Position numbers and translations under genes: made by a program. Positions 25,359 through 35,913 of a DNA stretch of 53,904 nt are shown here, in pieces. A model generated the notes under the pieces. That model searched no databases. It saw only the letters and a program-made list of their open reading frames with translations, and had not been told where the DNA came from. The DNA is from Minisyncoccota bacterium (GTDB lineage Bacteria > Patescibacteriota > Minisyncoccia > Phycocordibacterales > UBA918): NCBI GenBank assembly GCA_041389025.1, contig JAWKSP010000003.1, positions 70,065 through 123,968 of the forward strand. The letters run 5' to 3'. Numbering within the stretch: the stretch's first letter is position 1; each line of letters begins with the position of its first letter.

Positions 25359-26789
25359 ATGATAAAAATAACCGCTAACAAAGGAGACTTAAAAGAATTG
25401 TCAAGTAAATATTGTCGAATCGTTTTAACTGAGGAACCACTCTCTAGTCATCGTCTGGTGGAAACGAGTGATAAAATCTTAGAATACAGAATGGGAGTTG
25501 GAAAATTTAGTAAATTAGACACTAGAGCTTACCGTACTTTGGTACGCTCAATTATACAAACAGCAAAGCTCCATAAGTTAGAATATGTCGCTATAGATTA
25601 CAAAAAATTTGCTTTTCCTAAATTATCTGAACAAAGCGAGGTCTGGAGAGTGTCTACTCTGATAGAAAATCTATTGATGGCGGATTATGAATTTGTCTCT
25701 TATAAAACTAAAAGTAAAAATAAAAAAGAGCTAAAAGAAGTAGTTATTTGCGGTCTTGCTACCAAAGGTGAGAAAGAAGGTTTCTCAAGAGGGTTGCTGG
25801 TTGGTGAGTATATAAATCAGTCAAGAGAAATTTCAAATACACCGGCTTGTGATATGACACCAACGCATTTTGCTGAGGTGGCAAAAAAGATGGCTAAGGA
25901 TTCGAAAGTCAGTGTAAAAGTGTTGGGTGAAAAAGAGCTAAAAAAACTAAAAATGGGTCTATTGTTGGCGGTTGGTCAAGGTACAAAAAGTGAGACAAAA
26001 TTTGTTGTTGTGGAATATCTTGGAGCGGGGAAAGTGGCTGGAAAAAAGATTGCGGAAGACAAAAAACCATTGGTTTTGGTAGGAAAGGGGATCACCTATG
26101 ATACTGGTGGCCTAAACGTAAAACCATCGGGAGCGATGCATGACATGCATATGGATATGTCCGGTGGTTCAACTGTGCTTACGGCTATAAACTGCGCGGC
26201 TAGACTCAAGCTAAAGAAAAATATCGTGGCTCTTATTCCACTAGCGGAAAACGCTGTCTCAGACGACGCGATGCGAGCGGGAGATATAGTGACCGCAATG
26301 AACGGAAAGACGGTGGAAGTGCTCCATACTGACGCAGAAGGGAGAATGGTCTTGGCGGATGCTTTGACATATAGCGAACGATACCAACCGAAAGCCCTAC
26401 TGGATGTAGCCACTTTGACGGGAGCGGCTTTGGTGGCACTAGGGCAACACGCTAGCGCAATCATGACCAAGGATGCTGATTTGGAGCAAAAACTGCGTAG
26501 TTGGGGAGAGGAAAGTGGGGATTTGGTTTGGCCTTTACCGCTTTGGGATGAATATAAACAACATATCAAAAGCAATCGGGCGGATATAAGTAATATTGCA
26601 GTCAATTTCTCGAGATTTGGTGGCAGTATCGAAGGAGGAACTTTCTTATCGTTTTTTGCTCCCAAAAATGTACCGTGGGCACATATTGATATTGCTCCGC
26701 GTATGGACAGTATTGCGAGTGATAAGTTGGCAAAAGGTTCGACTGGTGAGCCGGTGAGACTCTTGGTGAAGTTTTTGGAGGAGTATTAG
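25359..26789 (+). CDS. pepA: leucyl aminopeptidase (M17 family)
   Basis: VGKGITYDTGGLNVKP and HTDAEGRMVLADAL (NTDAEGR-type) motifs. 476 aa. Confidence 0.92.
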   Translation: MIKITANKGDLKELSSKYCRIVLTEEPLSSHRLVETSDKILEYRMGVGKFSKLDTRAYRTLVRSIIQTAKLHKLEYVAIDYKKFAFPKLSEQSEVWRVSTLIENLLMADYEFVSYKTKSKNKKELKEVVICGLATKGEKEGFSRGLLVGEYINQSREISNTPACDMTPTHFAEVAKKMAKDSKVSVKVLGEKELKKLKMGLLLAVGQGTKSETKFVVVEYLGAGKVAGKKIAEDKKPLVLVGKGITYDTGGLNVKPSGAMHDMHMDMSGGSTVLTAINCAARLKLKKNIVALIPLAENAVSDDAMRAGDIVTAMNGKTVEVLHTDAEGRMVLADALTYSERYQPKALLDVATLTGAALVALGQHASAIMTKDADLEQKLRSWGEESGDLVWPLPLWDEYKQHIKSNRADISNIAVNFSRFGGSIEGGTFLSFFAPKNVPWAHIDIAPRMDSIASDKLAKGSTGEPVRLLVKFLEEY

Positions 26790-26818
26790 ATGTTAGTGTG
26801 GGGGTAAAAATGTAAAAT

Positions 26819-26844
26819 AAGGCAAGCTTTGCTTGCCTTCTTTT
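26819..26844 (+). terminator. intrinsic terminator after pepA
   Basis: AAGGCAAGC TTT GCTTGCCTT followed by CTTTT. Confidence 0.75.
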
Positions 26845-26864
26845 AAATTTTTACCGGCCACATA

Positions 26865-26873
26865 TGCTATTAT
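26865..26873 (+). promoter_or_regulatory. extended -10 element of scpA (leaderless geometry)
   Basis: TGcTATTAT (hexamer 26868-26873), exactly 6 nt before ATG 26880. Confidence 0.55.
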
Positions 26874-26879
26874 TAAAAT

Positions 26880-27620
26880 ATGCAACCGCTTTCAAAATCT
26901 AATTTCTCCATCAAAACAAAAGTTTTTGAGGGTCCACTTGAGTTGCTTCTTGATTTGGTGGAAAAACGCAAACTTTTAATAAATGACATTTCATTGGCTT
27001 CGGTGACCGACGAATATATGCGCCATGTCAGCGAAAGACAAGAAATGTCCTTGCCAAATACGGCTCAATTCATTGCCTTGGCGGCTACCTTACTTTTGGT
27101 AAAATCAAAGTCTCTTTTGCCGGTTTTGGAACTAACCGAAGAAGAGGAAACTTCAATTGAGGATTTAGAAGAAAGATTGAAGGAGTATCAAAAAGTTCGT
27201 GATAGGGCGGTGATGTTACAGGATATGTTTGGTAAAAATCGACTATATGCACCAAAGTTTGCTCCGCCAAAAACTGCTGTGTTTGCTCCAGATAAAAATT
27301 GTACAATTGATAGCATACAAAAAGCAATGTATGAAGTTTTGACTGCTTTACCTAAAAAAGAAACCCCCGCTAAAGCACAAGTGCGAGCGGTTATTAGTTT
27401 AGAGCAAATGATGAAAAACCTAGACTCTCGAATTGCCAGAAACTCCTTTTTGCGTTTTTCAGAAATAAGAGCGCTGGAACCGGAGAGAAAGACAGTGATA
27501 GTTGGATTTTTAGCGGTCTTGGAACTTTTTAAACAAGGTAATCTTATCATCACTCAAGTAAACAGATTTGCTGATATTGAAATCGAGCTGGATAAAGGCA
27601 GGACTCCTACATATTATTAA
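26880..27620 (+). CDS. scpA: segregation and condensation protein A
   Basis: N-terminal FEGPLELLLDLVEKRKLLINDISLASVTDEY, typical of ScpA. Followed by scpB. Confidence 0.9.
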   Translation: MQPLSKSNFSIKTKVFEGPLELLLDLVEKRKLLINDISLASVTDEYMRHVSERQEMSLPNTAQFIALAATLLLVKSKSLLPVLELTEEEETSIEDLEERLKEYQKVRDRAVMLQDMFGKNRLYAPKFAPPKTAVFAPDKNCTIDSIQKAMYEVLTALPKKETPAKAQVRAVISLEQMMKNLDSRIARNSFLRFSEIRALEPERKTVIVGFLAVLELFKQGNLIITQVNRFADIEIELDKGRTPTYY

Positions 27621-27752
27621 AAATAAAAAACGAGGTATTGTAAATAATATTTCGTCTATAGATGACTCCCTTTACTACTTACTTGGACAAACTGTATCCT
27701 TAAGGTATTTAAAATAGCAAACACAACTAGTATATGTAGCTTATTTTTTATA

Positions 27753-27761
27753 TGTTACAAT
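27753..27761 (+). promoter_or_regulatory. extended -10 element of scpB (leaderless geometry)
   Basis: TGtTACAAT (hexamer 27756-27761), exactly 6 nt before ATG 27768. Confidence 0.55.
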
Positions 27762-27767
27762 CACAAA

Positions 27768-28304
27768 ATGCCGATTGATGTACTAATCGAGGGATTTTTA
27801 TTTTATAAATCTGCTCCACAGAAAAAACAAGTCATAATAAAACTGTTTGATTTGACGGAAGAGGATTTTTCTAACGCTATTTCAGCACTAAAAGAACGCT
27901 TGCAAAACGGGGCTACTCGTTTGATTGAAACCGACGACGAGCTTCGTTTGGTATTGTGTCAGGAAATGTCACCGATAATTGATGAGATGCGAAAAAGTGA
28001 ATTAAAAAGTGATATTGGTAAAGCTGGAGCAGAAACGTTGGCGATAATACTTTATCGAGGCCCTGTCTCAAGAGCTGAAATTGATAAAATAAGAGGAGTT
28101 AATTCTTCTTTTATACTACGAAATTTAATGGTTAGGGGTTTAATTGAAAGAAATTACCATAAAAAAAATGCGGTTTATAAATTTTCTGCAACTACTGCAT
28201 TATTGGCGCATCTAGGAATAACTGAAAAAAATCAATTGCCTGATTTTGTTAATTTTAACAATATCGCTGATAATTTTTCTTTAGAAATTGAAACAAAAAA
28301 CTAA
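27768..28304 (+). CDS. scpB: segregation and condensation protein B
   Basis: Tandem winged-helix pattern (..AGAETLAIILYRGPVSRAEIDKIRGVNSSFILRNLMVRGLIE..). Partner of scpA. Confidence 0.88.
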   Translation: MPIDVLIEGFLFYKSAPQKKQVIIKLFDLTEEDFSNAISALKERLQNGATRLIETDDELRLVLCQEMSPIIDEMRKSELKSDIGKAGAETLAIILYRGPVSRAEIDKIRGVNSSFILRNLMVRGLIERNYHKKNAVYKFSATTALLAHLGITEKNQLPDFVNFNNIADNFSLEIETKN

Positions 28305-28310
28305 TGGTCT

Positions 28311-29339
28311 ATGATGGAAGATGAGCGTTACATAATCGAAACAGAAGAAATAAAAACTGAACCAACCAGTCGGTGGCGATTGCCAGTATTGGCTCAGCTT
28401 GGGATAATAGTTTTAATTATTGGAGGTTTGTTTGCTGGTCTTATGCCTGATGTCAACGGCTTGTTTAACGATGAAGAAAATCAAACAAATCAAGAGATTT
28501 TTATTGTTGATAAAAAATTAGAACCAAAAAATAGTATACAAAAAATTGACCCTAGTACGGTCAGTTTAGTGGCTGATTCAGCTTTTGTTTGGGATATAAA
28601 AGAACAAAGAGTGCTTTATGAAAAAGAATCAAATGAAGTAATGCCGTTAGCTTCAATCACAAAGTTAATGACGGCTCTTTTGGCTTATGAGTTGGTAACC
28701 GACAATACTGAAATTATTGTTGGAGAAACAGCTTCACGACAAGAGAGTGGTGGTAATTTGCGTGAAGGAGAGATTTTTGCTGTTAAATCGTTGGCAGATT
28801 TTGCTTTAGTCTCATCATATAATAGCGCAGCTTATGCCATCGCTGATTCGGTAGGGGCAATGCTCGGAGATGAGGATTCGGTCGAGCAATTTGTGGCTGG
28901 TATGAATATAAAAGCTGAAGAACTAAATCTCAATAATCTAGAATTTATAAATCCTACCGGTTTAGACATCTCAGAAACTAAAGCTGGAGCTTATGGAACT
29001 GCTAAAGAAGTATCTTTTTTGGTTGAATATATTTTATTAAATTATCCGGAAATTTTAAAACCTACTACAGCTACTAATTTTAAAATTTATAATAAAGCTG
29101 GTGAATATCACGAAGCTGACAACACAAATGATATCATTACCGATATACCTAACTTACTCGGTTCCAAAACCGGCTATACCGATTTAGCAGGAGGGAACTT
29201 GACGGTAGTGGTTGATGTTGGTTTTGATCATCCGGTAGTAATTACTGTTTTAGGTTCAACTTTACAAGACAGGTTTACTGATGTTGAAACTTTAATTAAA
29301 TCAATTCAAGCATCAATTGTTTTGTCGGAAAAAAGTTAA
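28311..29339 (+). CDS. D-alanyl-D-alanine carboxypeptidase (S11, PBP5-like) with N-terminal TM anchor
   Basis: SxxK (ASITK), SxN (SYNS) and KTG (KTGYT) motifs in the correct order. Confidence 0.88.
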   Translation: MMEDERYIIETEEIKTEPTSRWRLPVLAQLGIIVLIIGGLFAGLMPDVNGLFNDEENQTNQEIFIVDKKLEPKNSIQKIDPSTVSLVADSAFVWDIKEQRVLYEKESNEVMPLASITKLMTALLAYELVTDNTEIIVGETASRQESGGNLREGEIFAVKSLADFALVSSYNSAAYAIADSVGAMLGDEDSVEQFVAGMNIKAEELNLNNLEFINPTGLDISETKAGAYGTAKEVSFLVEYILLNYPEILKPTTATNFKIYNKAGEYHEADNTNDIITDIPNLLGSKTGYTDLAGGNLTVVVDVGFDHPVVITVLGSTLQDRFTDVETLIKSIQASIVLSEKS

Positions 29340-29345
29340 TTTTTT

Positions 29346-30404
29346 ATGGAAATCACAATTATAAAAGTTTTATTGCCGGCAGTTATATCTTTTGTTATTG
29401 GTATTTTAATTACTCCAATAATTACCAATTATCTATACAAATACAAGGTTTGGAAAAAAGAGGGAGGTAAGAAATCAATTGACGGTCGGGAAGCGGTTGA
29501 ATTTAATCGCCTAAAGGCTGAAGAAGAAACCAAAACTCCACGAATGGGAGGTATTGTGATTTGGGCTAGTGTTTTGGTAGCGATTACTATACTTTATTTA
29601 TTGGCTTTATTTGCTGACGGAATTTTTTCAGAACTATTTTTCTTGAGCCGGTCACAAACTTGGATACCTTTTTCAGTATTGTTTATTGGGGCAGCGCTTG
29701 GTCTTTTAAACGATTTTTATGATGTGCAGCATGGTGGTAAAGGTGTTCGATTATCTATTCGTCTAATTTTAATTAGTGCTTTAGCGACTGCAATTGGTTG
29801 GTGGTTCTATAGCAAGCTGGGTGTAACCACTATTGGTATACCATTTGCTTCACCTTTAGAGTTGGGAATTTTGATAATCCCTTTCTTTATTCTTCTGACA
29901 AATGCCCTGTATGCCAGTGGAGTAATTGATGGTATTGATGGATTATCTGGTGGGGTATTTGCAATTATTTTTTCTGCTTACTCTGGTGTGGCCATACTCC
30001 AATCACAGTATGATCTAGCGGCTTTTTGTGCTTTAGTAACTGGTGCTATCTTGGCTTTTTTGTGGTTCAATATTCCGCCGGCTCGATTTTGGATGACAGA
30101 AACTGGATCAATGGCTTTGACTCTTACTTTAGCAGTGGTGGTTTTAATGACAGATCAATTGGTTGGCGGATACGGTGTATCATTATTGCCGATAATTGGT
30201 TTTCTTTTGGTGGTGACAGTACTTTCAAATATTATTCAGTTAGGATATAGAAAAATTACCGGACAAAAATTTTTTAAAATTGCTCCACTCCACCATCATT
30301 TTGAAGCGATTGGTTGGCCGTCTTATAAAGTAACTATGCGTTATTGGATTATTGGTATGATTTGTGCTGCACTTGGACTTATTTTAGCTACGATCTTAAT
30401 ATAA
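29346..30404 (+). CDS. mraY: phospho-N-acetylmuramoyl-pentapeptide transferase
   Basis: TPRMGG, VIDGIDGL and APLHHHFE motifs. 10-TM profile. Confidence 0.95.
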   Translation: MEITIIKVLLPAVISFVIGILITPIITNYLYKYKVWKKEGGKKSIDGREAVEFNRLKAEEETKTPRMGGIVIWASVLVAITILYLLALFADGIFSELFFLSRSQTWIPFSVLFIGAALGLLNDFYDVQHGGKGVRLSIRLILISALATAIGWWFYSKLGVTTIGIPFASPLELGILIIPFFILLTNALYASGVIDGIDGLSGGVFAIIFSAYSGVAILQSQYDLAAFCALVTGAILAFLWFNIPPARFWMTETGSMALTLTLAVVVLMTDQLVGGYGVSLLPIIGFLLVVTVLSNIIQLGYRKITGQKFFKIAPLHHHFEAIGWPSYKVTMRYWIIGMICAALGLILATILI

Positions 30405-30467
30405 ATTTTCATTTTTTATTATTTCAAGTGTTATACTTAGACAGTTTTTATGCACTTATAGAGAAAT

Positions 30468-31586
30468 ATGAAAAAAAATACACTAAAATCAGTAGATCCC
30501 ATTTTACTAATATTAATAATCATTTTAGTTGTAATTGGTTTTTTTATTTTTTCTTCAGCTTCGTTAGGACTTTTAGCTCGTGATGGGGCTAGTTTTGGCT
30601 CGGTGGCTTTTAGTCAGTTTTTCTTTGGTGTGATTGGTGGTGGTATTGCAATGCTTATAACCAGTAATATTTATTATAGACACTGGCGTAAGTATGCTTT
30701 TTATATTTTTCTTGTCGGAACGTTGCTTACGCTGGCGGTTTTTATACCGGGACTTGGTATGAGTCATGGTGGAGCCACGCGCTGGTTGGATATAGGTTTT
30801 ACCACTCTGCAACCGTCTGAGTTTTTAAAAATAGGTTTTGTTATCTATGTGGCGACCTTACTCTCAGGACTACATAAACAAATAGATACTTGGCGGTATG
30901 GGGTTTTACCTTTTGTTGGAGTTGTTGGTTTTACTGGCCTTATTATGTTGTCTTTACCTGATACCGATACTTTTTTTGTTATGGGTTTAGCTGGCGTAGC
31001 AATGTTTTTAACGGCTGGAGCTAAGTGGAAACATCTAGGTATATTAGCTTTAGCAGGATTACTTTTGATAGCAACAGTAGTTTCCATGCGTCCTTATCTA
31101 CTTGATCGAATAACTGTTTTCCTGCATCCGGAGGATGATCCTTTAGGTAGTGGTTATCAGATAAATCAATCATTGATTGCAATTGGTTCCGGTGGTTTTA
31201 TGGGGCGCGGATATGGTCAAAGTGTCCAAAAATTTGAATATCTGCCAGAGCCGAGTAGCGACTCTATTTTTGCCGTTTACGCGGAGGAGTTTGGTTTTGT
31301 TGGTTCTTTATTTTTAATAATCCTTTTAGCTATTTTTACCTTTAGAGGATACAAAATAGCCACCGAGACTAATGACATATTTGGTATGCTTCTGGTAGTC
31401 GGTTTTATGACTTTGATTGTTAGTCAGGCCTTTTTAAATATCGCTGCTATGACTGGATTATTTCCTTTGTCAGGCTTGCCGTTACCATTTATTAGTCATG
31501 GTGGAACAGCCTTGTTTGCCACTTTAGCTTCGCTTGGTATTGTCCTCAATGTGTCAAAATACCGAACAATGCGTAAATTGGTATGA
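30468..31586 (+). CDS. ftsW: SEDS-family peptidoglycan glycosyltransferase FtsW/RodA
   Basis: LQPSEFLKI, PEPSSDSIFAVYAEEFGF and GLPLPFISHGGTA motifs. Position between mraY and murG. Confidence 0.9.
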   Translation: MKKNTLKSVDPILLILIIILVVIGFFIFSSASLGLLARDGASFGSVAFSQFFFGVIGGGIAMLITSNIYYRHWRKYAFYIFLVGTLLTLAVFIPGLGMSHGGATRWLDIGFTTLQPSEFLKIGFVIYVATLLSGLHKQIDTWRYGVLPFVGVVGFTGLIMLSLPDTDTFFVMGLAGVAMFLTAGAKWKHLGILALAGLLLIATVVSMRPYLLDRITVFLHPEDDPLGSGYQINQSLIAIGSGGFMGRGYGQSVQKFEYLPEPSSDSIFAVYAEEFGFVGSLFLIILLAIFTFRGYKIATETNDIFGMLLVVGFMTLIVSQAFLNIAAMTGLFPLSGLPLPFISHGGTALFATLASLGIVLNVSKYRTMRKLV

Positions 31587-31608
31587 TAAACTAAGGCAAA
31601 GATAAATT

Positions 31609-32727
31609 ATGAGAATTGCTTTTGTAGGGGGTGGGACCGGTGGTCATTTTTATCCACTAATTGCCGTGGCGGAAAGTTTGAGTGCTAGCCAAGAAAAACC
31701 AGAGCTGTATTATGTTGGGCCATCTCCTTATGAACCGGAAGAATTGAAAAGATTAAATATAAAATATATCTGGTGTCCGGCCGGAAAACTAAGTATTTAT
31801 TTTACTTTTAAAAACTTTTTAAATCCATTTTTGACTTTTATCGGTATCTTTGTGGCTGTTTGGAAACTCTACTTTATTTATCCTGATGTAATTTTTAGTA
31901 AAGGTAGTTATACTAGTGTACCGGTACTTTTAGCCGCTTGGTTTCTACGTATTCCAGTAGTTATTCATGAGTCCGATGTGGTACCGGGAAGAGCTAATAA
32001 ATTAGCAAAAAAATTCGCCAAATACATCGCTATTTCTTATGATGATGCTATTAAGCACTTTGACCAAAATAAAACCGCTTTGGTAGGAATACCGATACGT
32101 GCCACTCTCAAACAAAAAATATCAGACCCTTTTGAATATTTAGGTATACCAAATGATTTACCGCTCATATATGTTACCGGAGGTTCTTTAGGGGCAGAGA
32201 GGATGAATAACCTAATTTTAAGAGCCTTAGATGAATTATTACCAAATTATCGAATATTCCATCAAACCGGTTCAGCTCATCAAGACGAGCTAATAACCAC
32301 AGCCAAATCTTTAGTGTCTGACCCAGATTTGAAAACGCACTATTATATTCAAGGAAATCTACCTTCAGATGTAGTAAGTGCTTTATTACAGGCTTCTTCT
32401 TTAGTTATAACCAGAGCTGGTAGTACCACTTTGGCCGAAATAGCTCTGCATGGTAAGCCGAGTATTGTAATACCAATCCCTGAAGACATTAGTCGAGACC
32501 AGTTGTCTAACGCTTACGCATATGCTAGAACAGGAGCAGCTACGGTAATTGAAGAACATAACCTAACAGAAAATTTACTAGTTAGCGAAATAAATTCAAT
32601 CCTTAATGATAAAGATAAGCGACAAAATATGAGTCAAGCTGCCTTGAATTTTTCTTTACCCGACGCGGCTGAAAAAATTGCTGATATTTTAATAAAAATT
32701 GGCGATGAACATAAAGTTTTTAAATAA
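31609..32727 (+). CDS. murG: UDP-N-acetylglucosamine--LPS... lipid I N-acetylglucosamine transferase MurG
   Basis: N-terminal GGGTGGHFYPLIAVAE loop and C-terminal ..ITRAGSTTLAEIA.. motif. Confidence 0.93.
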   Translation: MRIAFVGGGTGGHFYPLIAVAESLSASQEKPELYYVGPSPYEPEELKRLNIKYIWCPAGKLSIYFTFKNFLNPFLTFIGIFVAVWKLYFIYPDVIFSKGSYTSVPVLLAAWFLRIPVVIHESDVVPGRANKLAKKFAKYIAISYDDAIKHFDQNKTALVGIPIRATLKQKISDPFEYLGIPNDLPLIYVTGGSLGAERMNNLILRALDELLPNYRIFHQTGSAHQDELITTAKSLVSDPDLKTHYYIQGNLPSDVVSALLQASSLVITRAGSTTLAEIALHGKPSIVIPIPEDISRDQLSNAYAYARTGAATVIEEHNLTENLLVSEINSILNDKDKRQNMSQAALNFSLPDAAEKIADILIKIGDEHKVFK

Positions 32728-32753
32728 TTTAATTAATTAGACAAAGATAGAAT

Positions 32754-34217
32754 ATGGATAACAACACCGAAAATAAGATAGTTACCAGATTTGCTCCGTC
32801 GCCGACGGGCTTTGTTCATATCGGAAGTGCTAGAACCGCTTTATTCTCATATTTGTTTGCCAAAAAACATAACGGAACCTTTATTTTAAGAATAGAAGAT
32901 ACTGACAAAAAAAGAGAAGTTTCTGAATCAGTTGAGCATATAAAAGATTCTTTAAATTGGCTTGGAATAACTTGGGATTTTGGCCCTGATAAACCAGGAT
33001 CTTTTGGGTCTTGTATTCAATCCGAGAGACTAGATGTGTATCATTCCTATGCGCAAAAACTAGTTGATAAAGGTTTGGCTTATCAAGATCCCTATACTGA
33101 GGAAGAAATACAAGTTTTTAAGGAAGAAGCTAAAGCAAATAAGCGACCTTTTTTGTATCGTAACCATCGCCCAGAAATTTTACCAGCATGGGATAAAACT
33201 AAACCACTTAGATTAAAAATTCCTGAGATAAAACGTTACACTTGGTACGATGAGGTTAGAGGAGGGTTGTCAGCAGGGGAGGAGATGCTGGATGATATTA
33301 TTTTGATTAAAAGTGATGGTTATCCAACTTATAACTTTGCGCATATTGTCGATGATCATGAAATGGGAGTAACGCATATTATGAGAGCAGATGAATTTAT
33401 TTCTAGTACACCGAAGTTTTTAAGTATTTATGACGCTTTAGGGATACCTTATCCAAAATTTGTCACTCTACCACCAATATTGCGTGAAGATAGAACTAAA
33501 AAATTAGGAAAACGAGATGGAGCAAAAGATATTTTTGAATACAAAAATGAAGGTTATTTACCGGAAGCGATGGTCAACTTTTTGGCTTTAACTGGTTGGA
33601 ATCCTGGTACTGATAAAGAAGTTTTTACTCGTGAAGAACTTATTGCGGAATTTGATATTACAAAAATTCAAAAAGCGGGAGCCGTATTTAATGAGCAAAA
33701 ATTGTTGTGGATGAACAAACAGCATTTATCTAATTATAATGAACAAGAGTTGTTTGTTTACATCGAAACAGCCATTCCAGATAAAATTAAGAACTTAGCA
33801 ACTTATTCTAGTGAAAAGGTTGAGAAGATGCTTATTACTATAATTGAACGAATCCATACTGCCGCTGAAATAACAAAGTCGGCAGAAGAAGGGGAGTATG
33901 ACTATGCTTTTATTACTCCAGAATATGATAAAAGTCTTTTAAAATGGAAAAAGGATGACTCAGAAAATGAAGCCTTGCCTAGGTTGGAAAAAGCTAAAGA
34001 AATATTAGGAGAAACTGACTTTTCTAGTATAGAGTCAATAAAAACTACTCTTTGGCCGTATGCAGAAAAGGTGGGGAGAGGGGAGTTGTTGTGGCCACTT
34101 AGGGTGGCCTTGTCGGGTAAAGAGCGTTCACCTGATCCTTTTACCATTGCTTACATAATCGGAAAAGAGGAGACGGCTAGCCGTATTCAACTAGCTTGTG
34201 ATAAAATAAAGGGGTGA
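32754..34217 (+). CDS. gltX: glutamate--tRNA ligase
   Basis: RFAPSPTGFVHIGSARTALF (HIGH-type) and KLGKRDG (KMSKS-equivalent). 487 aa. Confidence 0.94.
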   Translation: MDNNTENKIVTRFAPSPTGFVHIGSARTALFSYLFAKKHNGTFILRIEDTDKKREVSESVEHIKDSLNWLGITWDFGPDKPGSFGSCIQSERLDVYHSYAQKLVDKGLAYQDPYTEEEIQVFKEEAKANKRPFLYRNHRPEILPAWDKTKPLRLKIPEIKRYTWYDEVRGGLSAGEEMLDDIILIKSDGYPTYNFAHIVDDHEMGVTHIMRADEFISSTPKFLSIYDALGIPYPKFVTLPPILREDRTKKLGKRDGAKDIFEYKNEGYLPEAMVNFLALTGWNPGTDKEVFTREELIAEFDITKIQKAGAVFNEQKLLWMNKQHLSNYNEQELFVYIETAIPDKIKNLATYSSEKVEKMLITIIERIHTAAEITKSAEEGEYDYAFITPEYDKSLLKWKKDDSENEALPRLEKAKEILGETDFSSIESIKTTLWPYAEKVGRGELLWPLRVALSGKERSPDPFTIAYIIGKEETASRIQLACDKIKG

Positions 34218-35527
34218 AATTTGTAAAACAAATTACTGCTTTTTGTTTTGGTCTTTTGTTGTTACCAAGTTTATTTTTGTTTGGTGATGTTGTATTGGCG
34301 CAGTCTTCAGAGTTGGAAAAATTACAAAAAGATATTGCTGATAGAGGAGATCGGTTATCAGAAATTGAAAAGGAAATTGCTAAATTTGAAAGCCAACTAA
34401 AGGAAGTTGGGGCAGAGAAACAAACTCTACAGAAAGCTATTAATCAACTATCTTTGGAGAGAAAAAAGATTCAAGCTGAAATAACTAAAACTGAAACCCT
34501 GATTAGCTCTACTGATTTAGAAATCAATAAACTTATTTTAGAGATTAGCAAGACTGAGACAGATATAGGAAAAAATAAAGCGGCGATTGCTGAGATAGTT
34601 AGGAGTCTATATAAAGAGAAAAACATAACACTAGTTGAGTTATTGTTACAAAATCGAAATCTTTCCGATTTTTGGAATAGTCTTGAAACCCATAAAACAG
34701 TACAAAATAGTATGGCGGTAAAGGTGACGGAGCTTAGTTCGTTAAAAAATCTTCTTGATGAAAAGAAGAATAGTAATACCAAAAAAAGAACAGAATTAGT
34801 TTCCCTGCAAACTCAGTATAAAGATCAAAATAGTGTTTTAGCCAATAATCAAGCTGAGCAGTCTGACTTGCTAGAGGTAACAAAAAGTGAAGAGAAAAAT
34901 TATCAATTACTTTTATCAGAACAAGAAGAGGCACGTGAACAAATACTGAAGGAACTAAGAGAGTTTGAAGCTAAACTACAATTTATTTTGGATCCAAATA
35001 CCATCCCTACAGCTGGGCAAACTGTGTTTGCTTGGCCGCTTAAGAATGTCATTGTGACGCAATACTTTGGTGGTTCTGAGTTTGCTAAACGCAATCCTGG
35101 GGTGTACGGTGGTCGAGCTTATCATCCTGGGGTGGACTTGGGAGCACCACGGGGAACAGCTATTCATGCACCACTTAGCGGTACAGTTAGGGCTACCGGC
35201 AATACCGACTTAGTGCCAGGGTGTTATTCGTGGGGAAAGTGGACACTCATCGACCACGCTAACGGCCTTTCTACTTTGTATGCTCACCAAGATGTACAAA
35301 GTGTTTCAGCCGGACAAAAAGTAGCGACTGGTGAAATTATCGGCTATACGGGTAATACTGGCTATTCTACCGGCCCGCATTTGCACTTTACCGTATACGC
35401 CAAGGACGGTGTGTCAGTGCGTAAATTTAATGAAATTAAAACTGTAACCAGCTGCGGTCCAGCTTCCACGCCAGTCGCAGCAACTGAAGCCTATATTGAT
35501 CCGATGTTATATCTTCCTCCGGCCTAA
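34214..35527 (+). CDS. M23-family peptidoglycan metalloendopeptidase with long coiled coil (EnvC-like architecture)
   Basis: GTG start in a 4-nt GTGA overlap with the gltX stop. Signal/TM segment, about 250-aa coiled coil, M23 motifs HPGVDLGAP and GPHLHF. Confidence 0.88.
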   Translation: MKFVKQITAFCFGLLLLPSLFLFGDVVLAQSSELEKLQKDIADRGDRLSEIEKEIAKFESQLKEVGAEKQTLQKAINQLSLERKKIQAEITKTETLISSTDLEINKLILEISKTETDIGKNKAAIAEIVRSLYKEKNITLVELLLQNRNLSDFWNSLETHKTVQNSMAVKVTELSSLKNLLDEKKNSNTKKRTELVSLQTQYKDQNSVLANNQAEQSDLLEVTKSEEKNYQLLLSEQEEAREQILKELREFEAKLQFILDPNTIPTAGQTVFAWPLKNVIVTQYFGGSEFAKRNPGVYGGRAYHPGVDLGAPRGTAIHAPLSGTVRATGNTDLVPGCYSWGKWTLIDHANGLSTLYAHQDVQSVSAGQKVATGEIIGYTGNTGYSTGPHLHFTVYAKDGVSVRKFNEIKTVTSCGPASTPVAATEAYIDPMLYLPPA

Positions 35528-35606
35528 TATTTGTAACTATCTACAACCAACCAAAATAATGTTATAAATAAACTACTTTTCACAATCATTCAAAGAGGAG
35601 AGTAGG

Positions 35607-35771
35607 GTGAGAAGAATTATTTTAACAATTATAGTGTTAACTTGTGCTGCACTATTTATGTTTCAGATTGAAAGGAGTATACAGTCTGAAGGAATGCAAG
35701 CTGCTTTATTTTTTGTCTTAGGTTTTGTAATTGGATTAATTTTGATATTAATCAATTATCGAAATAAATAA
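35607..35771 (+). CDS. candidate 54-aa two-TM small membrane protein
   Basis: Below the ORF-track cutoff. GAGGAG, 6 nt, GTG 35607. MRRIILTIIVLTCAALFMFQIERSIQSEGMQAALFFVLGFVIGLILILINYRNK, TAA 35769-35771. Confidence 0.45.
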   Translation: MRRIILTIIVLTCAALFMFQIERSIQSEGMQAALFFVLGFVIGLILILINYRNK

Positions 35772-35913
35772 CAGGTAGAACAAAGTGAATTATGTGATTT
35801 AAATAATTCGCTAACCATAAATTGGTAAGCGGATTTGTTTAACTATTGACAAATTAGTATTAAATATTATAATACTCATATATTATTCATTAAATTTTGA
35901 ATAAAAAAAAGGG

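Noticed and set aside
30026-30583. ORFs 30026..30250 and 30344..30583 within or after mraY
   Set aside because: They are alternative-frame readings of the mraY 3' end and the mraY-ftsW spacer. The products are nonsense-like and overlap confident genes.
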